Shown in pieces: positions 58,760 through 64,000 of a stretch of 64,000 bases of DNA (positions are counted from its first letter, which is position 1; each line of letters opens with the position of its first letter). The stretch comes from Candidatus Methanomethylicia archaeon. Lineage in GTDB: Archaea > Thermoproteota > Methanomethylicia > Culexarchaeales > Culexarchaeaceae. The stretch covers positions 602,946 through 666,945 of the forward strand of contig JAVYVS010000001.1 in assembly GCA_038727515.1 (NCBI GenBank), written 5' to 3'. Position numbers and translations under genes: made by a program. The notes beneath the pieces were generated by a model that had not been told where the DNA came from, ran no database searches, and was given only the letters and a program-made list of their open reading frames with translations.

Positions 58760-59968
58760 ATGAATGAAAAAATAGTTAAAGTACATAAGAAAATAGCCGA
58801 GAAAATACTAAATTATGGAAGTAGTTACTGGGATGATTGCACAATATATACATCTAAATATGAAGATTCACATATAATACCTGAATTATTAGCAATAAGT
58901 ATAGCAGAAGAAATTGAGGGAACGGTAATTTTAGATACAAGTAGATTGCAAAAAGAGGTAATATTGGAATTCCTAGAAAATTTTGATAAAAAGCCATCAA
59001 TATTTGAATTCAATACTAATAGCGTACCAATACCAGATGCATACAAAATTAAAATTGGAATTGAGAATATTAGAGAGAATGCAAAATTGTTCTCAAAAAT
59101 TATGACTACATATAATGGTAATAGTGAAGTGGAAGAAGAAATAGAAGAAGAAGTCATGTGTCTAGATAATGTAAATGAGCTAAGTAATATAATCATAATG
59201 AGCTACATGCCCCCAAAAATACGTGAAAAAATGAAATTGGAATTAAAAGAATATGTAAAGAAGAGGGGAAAAATGGAGCTAATTATGAATATAGCTGGAA
59301 TAATAGGTGGATTAATGGTGAACCCCATGATGGTAGCCCCAAAAGGAATAGCCATATTACAAGAAACAATAAAGAATATTGGTAGAAAGGATCTTAGCAT
59401 AAATGAAATAGTCGAATGGGCTAAACCAGAAATATTAAGTGAAATTGTAGAAGAAGGTGAAGGAACATTTAAAGAATTAAAACCAAAAGAGTTTAATATA
59501 ATATTCTGTGATTTAAAACATAAAATACACAAACCATTCCAACTATTACTAGTATGGAGTTTAATAAATTCCATTGAGGGAAAAATAGTATTAAGCAATG
59601 CAAATGAAATAACAAAAATAGAATACCTAAGGGAAATTATCAAAATAAAATCTAAAGAGAAAGGATTGAAAATAGTGTACATATTTCAAGGAGAAGAAGA
59701 ATTTAATGGATGGCTTGGAGATAAAAACGTAATATTTAATATAAAAACATCAGATTTAATGAAGATAATTAAGAATGAAGATTTAATGCATATTGCACAA
59801 ATAATACATAACTTCTCAGAAAATAAATGCGTAAACCAATATGATAAAATAAGATTTATAATAAAGTATATGGATGGACCATGGAAATTGATGGAAGTAA
59901 ATATAAATGATGGATGGAAAGACTTCGTAAAAAATATGTTTATTAAATTAATGGAAATAGCTGCATAA
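58760..59968 (+). CDS. hypothetical protein
   Basis: 402 aa, soluble, acidic stretch EEEIEEEV; no family recognised. Confidence 0.3.
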   Translation: MNEKIVKVHKKIAEKILNYGSSYWDDCTIYTSKYEDSHIIPELLAISIAEEIEGTVILDTSRLQKEVILEFLENFDKKPSIFEFNTNSVPIPDAYKIKIGIENIRENAKLFSKIMTTYNGNSEVEEEIEEEVMCLDNVNELSNIIIMSYMPPKIREKMKLELKEYVKKRGKMELIMNIAGIIGGLMVNPMMVAPKGIAILQETIKNIGRKDLSINEIVEWAKPEILSEIVEEGEGTFKELKPKEFNIIFCDLKHKIHKPFQLLLVWSLINSIEGKIVLSNANEITKIEYLREIIKIKSKEKGLKIVYIFQGEEEFNGWLGDKNVIFNIKTSDLMKIIKNEDLMHIAQIIHNFSENKCVNQYDKIRFIIKYMDGPWKLMEVNINDGWKDFVKNMFIKLMEIAA

Positions 59969-60016
59969 ACACATATATTTAAAGGATAAAAATTCATTTT
60001 GAATATTGTGGTTTAA

Positions 60017-60244
60017 ATGCCCAAGATCATTATCAATGAAAAGTACTGTAAAGGATGTGAAATATGCGTAGAAATATGCCCGAAACATGTATTTGAAATG
60101 TCTAAAGAACTGAGTGAAAGAGGTTATCACATACCAAAACCCATTAGACAAAAAGAATGCATAGTTTGTCATCAATGTGAATTATACTGTCCAGATCAAG
60201 CAATAGTAGTATTAGAGGACGATACTCATGAACATGGAAAGTAA
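60017..60244 (+). CDS. 2x[4Fe-4S] ferredoxin (oxidoreductase delta-subunit-like)
   Basis: 75 aa; CKGCEICVEICP and CIVCHQCELYCP cluster motifs. Confidence 0.8.
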   Translation: MPKIIINEKYCKGCEICVEICPKHVFEMSKELSERGYHIPKPIRQKECIVCHQCELYCPDQAIVVLEDDTHEHGK

Positions 60245-60815
60245 AGAACTAGAGAAATTGGCTGAAGCAAAAAAGATATTGACACAAAGACTTGAAGAAT
60301 TAGAAATAGAAATAAGAATGATAAGAGAATGCATAAAGATATTAGATGAAGAATTGCTGAAAAAGAGTTTCATATCAGCTGAAAAATTAATTGAATCAAG
60401 GGAAAAGGAGGTTATTAAAGAGGTTGCATCATATGAAAAGGAATATGCAAAAATAACGTATAGAGATGTTAGTGGAGAAAAAAGTATTGCAAAGATATAT
60501 ATTGATGAAAAGATGAAGAGAATGAAAATAAAAATAGAAGAAGAAATACCGGCAGAAGCATCATTAATAAAAAACTTCTTAATAAGTGGAGTACTGGAGA
60601 AGATGAAGCTAGAAGATGAAGAAAGAGTAGATAAAGGAGAAATAAAACCTGATGAAGCTCTAACATACACTTTGAAAACAGATGGAAACAAATTGAAAGA
60701 GATAATAATAGATAATATTGATAAAGAAGAGAGAAGGGTTAGAGTGAGAAATGCAGCTAAATGGGCTTTCACAAGATTATATGAAAGTATTAGGAGTGGA
60801 GGTTCTGATGAATAA
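60228..60815 (+). CDS. hypothetical coiled-coil protein, paralog family member B
   Basis: 195 aa; paralog of 45220..45732 (EALTYTLKTDGNKLKEIIIDNI...AAKWAFTRL); start overlaps ferredoxin stop by 17 nt. Confidence 0.35.
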   Translation: MNMESKELEKLAEAKKILTQRLEELEIEIRMIRECIKILDEELLKKSFISAEKLIESREKEVIKEVASYEKEYAKITYRDVSGEKSIAKIYIDEKMKRMKIKIEEEIPAEASLIKNFLISGVLEKMKLEDEERVDKGEIKPDEALTYTLKTDGNKLKEIIIDNIDKEERRVRVRNAAKWAFTRLYESIRSGGSDE

Positions 60816-61830
60816 AGAAATATATGAAACAATATTTAACATGCCAAATCTAATGGAGAAGGCATTAATGGAATTAAATTTGAATGGTGATATTAAATAT
60901 AACATAAATAAAGTTGCGTTTTTTGGAATGGGAGGTTCAGGTATAGCTGGAAGAATAATTTCTGAATGGGTAATTGAAAATGGAAAATTACAGATTTCAG
61001 CATATAACGATATGAAAATCCCCAGAAAAATAGATAAGGAGACATTGATAGTTTCAATAAGTTATTCAGGGAATACTGAAGAAACAATAATGGTAGCAGA
61101 AAATGCTTTAAGAGAAAATTATCCTTCTGCAATAATATCCAGTAATGGTAAACTAATTGAAATAGCAGAGAAAAACAATATACCATATGTTAAAATACCT
61201 CAAATATTTAATCAACCAAGAGAAGCATTACCATACCTTTTCATAGCTGCAATAAAGGTTTTAATGGAAATCAATTTCATAAACTCTAAACATATAAAGC
61301 AAATACATGAAACCATAAAAACATTATACAATTTAAGAGAAGAATTATCATTAGATAATGTACCAAGGAAAATTGCAGAGAAAATACATAATAAATTCAT
61401 CTCAATATATACATATGATCCATTAACAGTATCAGCAATAAGATTTAAACAATCATTAAATGAAAACAGTAAAGCCATAGCAAAAGTTGAAGTAATACCT
61501 GAAGCTGGACATAATGCAATAATGGAACTTGAAGAAGACACTAAAATTCTAGGAAAAATGATTATGATATTGATTAGAGAAGAAGATATTGCAAATAGAT
61601 TAATTGAGAAATCAATAGAAACATTTAAGGAATTAGCTGTAAAACGGGAAATGGAATTAGAAGAAATTGTGGTTAAAGGAGGATCAACATTAAGTAAAAT
61701 ATTTTCAGCAATATATCTTGGAGATTTAACCTCTGTGGAATTGGCAAATATCAAGATGATAGATGCTAGGAAAATTGACTCGATAAAATACTTAAAGAGT
61801 AAAATACGTGAATTATATTTACATACATAA
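60808..61830 (+). CDS. bifunctional phosphoglucose/phosphomannose isomerase (archaeal SIS-domain PGI/PMI)
   Basis: SIS-domain motif FFGMGGSGIAGRII; ORF opens at 60751 but ATG at 60808 (MNKEIYETIF) has a GGAGGT SD 6 nt upstream. Confidence 0.7.
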   Translation: MNKEIYETIFNMPNLMEKALMELNLNGDIKYNINKVAFFGMGGSGIAGRIISEWVIENGKLQISAYNDMKIPRKIDKETLIVSISYSGNTEETIMVAENALRENYPSAIISSNGKLIEIAEKNNIPYVKIPQIFNQPREALPYLFIAAIKVLMEINFINSKHIKQIHETIKTLYNLREELSLDNVPRKIAEKIHNKFISIYTYDPLTVSAIRFKQSLNENSKAIAKVEVIPEAGHNAIMELEEDTKILGKMIMILIREEDIANRLIEKSIETFKELAVKREMELEEIVVKGGSTLSKIFSAIYLGDLTSVELANIKMIDARKIDSIKYLKSKIRELYLHT

Positions 61831-61879
61831 ATATAGTAACCCTTAAGTATTATGGAAAATAATATTTATCGGTGGAAAT

Positions 61880-62908
61880 ATGCCTAAGAAAATAGTAAAA
61901 GTTGGTATAAATGGTTATGGAGTAATAGGTAAGAGAGTGGCAGATGCTATAAAACTACAAGATGACATGGAACTTGTGGGGGTTGCAGATATAGCTTATG
62001 ATTATAGGGTGAAGGTGGCAGCATTAAAGGGGTATAACATTTATGCATCAATACCAGAAAAGAGGAGGGAGATGGAAGCAGCAGGTTTAGATGTTAAAGG
62101 GACTTTAGAAGATTTAATGAAGGAAGTAGATATAATAGTTGATTGCACACCAAAAGGTGTAGGTGCAAAAAATAGGTTGATTTATGAACGCCATGGTAAA
62201 AAGGCAATATTTCAAGGTGGAGAGAAACATGAAGTTGCAGGAGTAAGTTTTGTGGCACAATGCAATTATAATCAAGCCATAGGAAAACAATTTGTAAGAG
62301 TAGTTTCATGTAATACAACTGGTTTATGTAGAACTTTAAATGCAATTAAAAATGAATTTGGAATAAAGAGGGCAAGGGCAGTATTAGTTAGAAGAGGATG
62401 TGACCCATGGGAAAGCTCAAGACAAGGACCACTAAACACAGTAGTTCCAGAAGTAAAAATACCATCACATCAAGGTCCAGATGCACAAACAGTTATTCCA
62501 GACTTAAATATTGTAACCATGGCTTGTAATGTTCCAGTAACATTATCGCATATGCATTTTGTCATGGTTGAACCTAAGGAGGTTCCAAGTAGAGATGAAG
62601 TTATAAAGGTATTTCGCAAGACTCCGAGGGTAAAGCTTTTTAGAGCTAGTGATGGATTTGATGGTTTACAAGCCATAATTGAGTATCATAGGGATATATT
62701 GAGACCTAGAGCAGATGTATGGGAAGTCCCCATATGGGAGGAGAGTATAACTGTAAGTGATGGTGAAATATTTTGGATAATGCAGGTACATAATGAAGCT
62801 ATAGTAATACCTGAAAATATAGATGCTATAAGAGCGATGATGGAAATAGAATTGGATGGTTTAAAGAGTATAGAGAAAACTGATAGATCCCTTGGATTAA
62901 TTGGTTAA
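61880..62908 (+). CDS. gap: glyceraldehyde-3-phosphate dehydrogenase, archaeal type
   Basis: 342 aa; VKVGINGYGVIGKRVADAI NAD-binding, catalytic VSCNTTGLCR motif of archaeal GAPDH. Confidence 0.9.
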   Translation: MPKKIVKVGINGYGVIGKRVADAIKLQDDMELVGVADIAYDYRVKVAALKGYNIYASIPEKRREMEAAGLDVKGTLEDLMKEVDIIVDCTPKGVGAKNRLIYERHGKKAIFQGGEKHEVAGVSFVAQCNYNQAIGKQFVRVVSCNTTGLCRTLNAIKNEFGIKRARAVLVRRGCDPWESSRQGPLNTVVPEVKIPSHQGPDAQTVIPDLNIVTMACNVPVTLSHMHFVMVEPKEVPSRDEVIKVFRKTPRVKLFRASDGFDGLQAIIEYHRDILRPRADVWEVPIWEESITVSDGEIFWIMQVHNEAIVIPENIDAIRAMMEIELDGLKSIEKTDRSLGLIG

Positions 62909-62965
62909 ATCTTAAACTAAACATTTAACTTTTTATTTTCATAACATATAATAGTTGAGGATACT

Positions 62966-64000
62966 ATGCTATATAGTGAAATTGTGGATATTTATGAGAA
63001 AATAGAAGCAACAACTAAAAGACTTGAAATGACTGATTTACTTGTAAATTTACTAAAGAAGACTCCGAAGGAAGTTATTGATAAAGTTGTATATTTAACT
63101 CAAGGTAAATTGTATCCAGATTATTATGGAATTGAATTGGGATTAGCGGAAAAACTTGCTTTAAGAGCATTATCGGAAGCTAGTGGAATGAGTGTAAATG
63201 AATTAGAAGATAAATTGAATGAAACTGGAGATATAGGTTTAGTGGCAGAATACTCATTACAAAAGAGGAAGATTAAAACATTAACAGAATTTGTAGCACC
63301 AGCAAAAAAGACTCAATTAACGGTTTCAGAAGTATATAATGTATTGGATGAAATTGCAAAGATAACTGGTGAAGGATCTCAAGATAGGAAGATAAGACTT
63401 TTAGCTGGAATACTTAAGAAGGCAACTCCAAAGGAAGGCAAATATATTATGAGGACAGTAACAGGTAGACTTAGACTAGGAATAGCTGATATGACAATAC
63501 TAGATGCACTTGCAATAACCTTTACACAATCTAAAGAAGCTAGAGCAAGAATAGAAAAAGCATATAACATATCAAATGACTTAGGTGAAGTTGCAAGAAA
63601 ACTTTCTGAAAAAGGAATTAAGGGTATTGAAGAAATAAAGATTTTAATTGGAAGACCAATAAGACCTATGCTAGCTGAAAGATTATCAAAAGCAAAAGAA
63701 ATAATTGAAAAATTAAATGGAGAATTAGCTGCAGAATATAAGTATGATGGAGAGAGGATACAAGCACATAAAGATGGAGAAAAAGTAATATTGTTTTCAA
63801 GGAGAAGTGAAAATATAACACACCACTACCCCGATGTATGTGAACTTATAAAGAATAATATAAAAGCTAAACAAGCAATTGTAGAAGGAGAAGTTGTAGC
63901 AGTAAACATACAAACAGGAGAATTCCTACCATTCCAAGAACTTATGCATAGAAGGAGGAAATATGGAATTGAAGAAGCTATGGAGAAATATCCAGTGACA
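62966..64000 (+). CDS. lig: ATP-dependent DNA ligase (5' portion; truncated by window end)
   Basis: Open frame from ATG 62966 to window end; N-terminal DNA-binding domain typical of archaeal Lig and adenylation motif AAEYKYDGERIQAH (KxDGxR). Confidence 0.85.
   Translation, partial: MLYSEIVDIYEKIEATTKRLEMTDLLVNLLKKTPKEVIDKVVYLTQGKLYPDYYGIELGLAEKLALRALSEASGMSVNELEDKLNETGDIGLVAEYSLQKRKIKTLTEFVAPAKKTQLTVSEVYNVLDEIAKITGEGSQDRKIRLLAGILKKATPKEGKYIMRTVTGRLRLGIADMTILDALAITFTQSKEARARIEKAYNISNDLGEVARKLSEKGIKGIEEIKILIGRPIRPMLAERLSKAKEIIEKLNGELAAEYKYDGERIQAHKDGEKVILFSRRSENITHHYPDVCELIKNNIKAKQAIVEGEVVAVNIQTGEFLPFQELMHRRRKYGIEEAMEKYPVT

Overview
This 64-kb window is AT-rich and densely coding, and reads as an archaeal chromosome segment. 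Archaeal signatures include Alba, TFB, aSUI1, RNAP subunit P, ribosomal protein S25e, tRNA-splicing endonuclease, archaeal-type GAPDH, CTP-dependent riboflavin kinase, ThiDN, archaeal GlyRS and a RuvB-like TIP49. From the Alba and TFB proteins and the tRNA-Gln sequence I infer a thermophilic Thermoproteota (Crenarchaeota)-like organism; this is inference only. There is no rRNA, no CRISPR array and no obvious transposase or integrase.

The content is mostly housekeeping and metabolism:
- a peptide-catabolism cluster (M24 prolidase, M19 dipeptidase, D-aminoacylase-like amidohydrolase, S9 acylaminoacyl peptidase) plus two M14 carboxypeptidase-like proteins;
- thiamine (ThiC, ThiDN), thymidylate (ThyX) and riboflavin (RibK) genes;
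- a class III anaerobic RNR set (NrdD, NrdG, NrdH-like);
- glycolysis genes (apgM, archaeal PGI/PMI, GAPDH), a 3-hexulose-6-phosphate synthase, CysRS, GlyRS, deoxyhypusine synthase, agmatinase and a DNA ligase truncated at the window edge;
- metal and ion transport (tandem-domain MgtE-like transporter with two PhoU/TrkA-C regulators, a divergent Nramp-like transporter);
- one tRNA-Gln(UUG) on the minus strand.

The most unusual items, all unverified hypotheses:
1. A tandem pair of paralogous proteins sharing a C-terminal Cys4 module; the first carries an N-terminal prenyltransferase/terpene-cyclase-like QxxDGGF/W repeat domain.
2. A membrane-anchored HerA/DUF87-type ATPase with a long coiled-coil tail, sitting between a small charged protein and an XPD-like Fe-S helicase.
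3. A five-ORF membrane-protein operon of unknown family, with an in-frame TAA splitting what looks like one gene.
4. A two-member paralogous family of coiled-coil proteins (one copy overlapping a ferredoxin gene and PGI).
5. A B12-binding radical SAM protein with a Cys-rich insertion inside its CX3CX2C loop.
6. An apgM gene next to a cyclic-2,3-diphosphoglycerate-synthetase-like P-loop gene.
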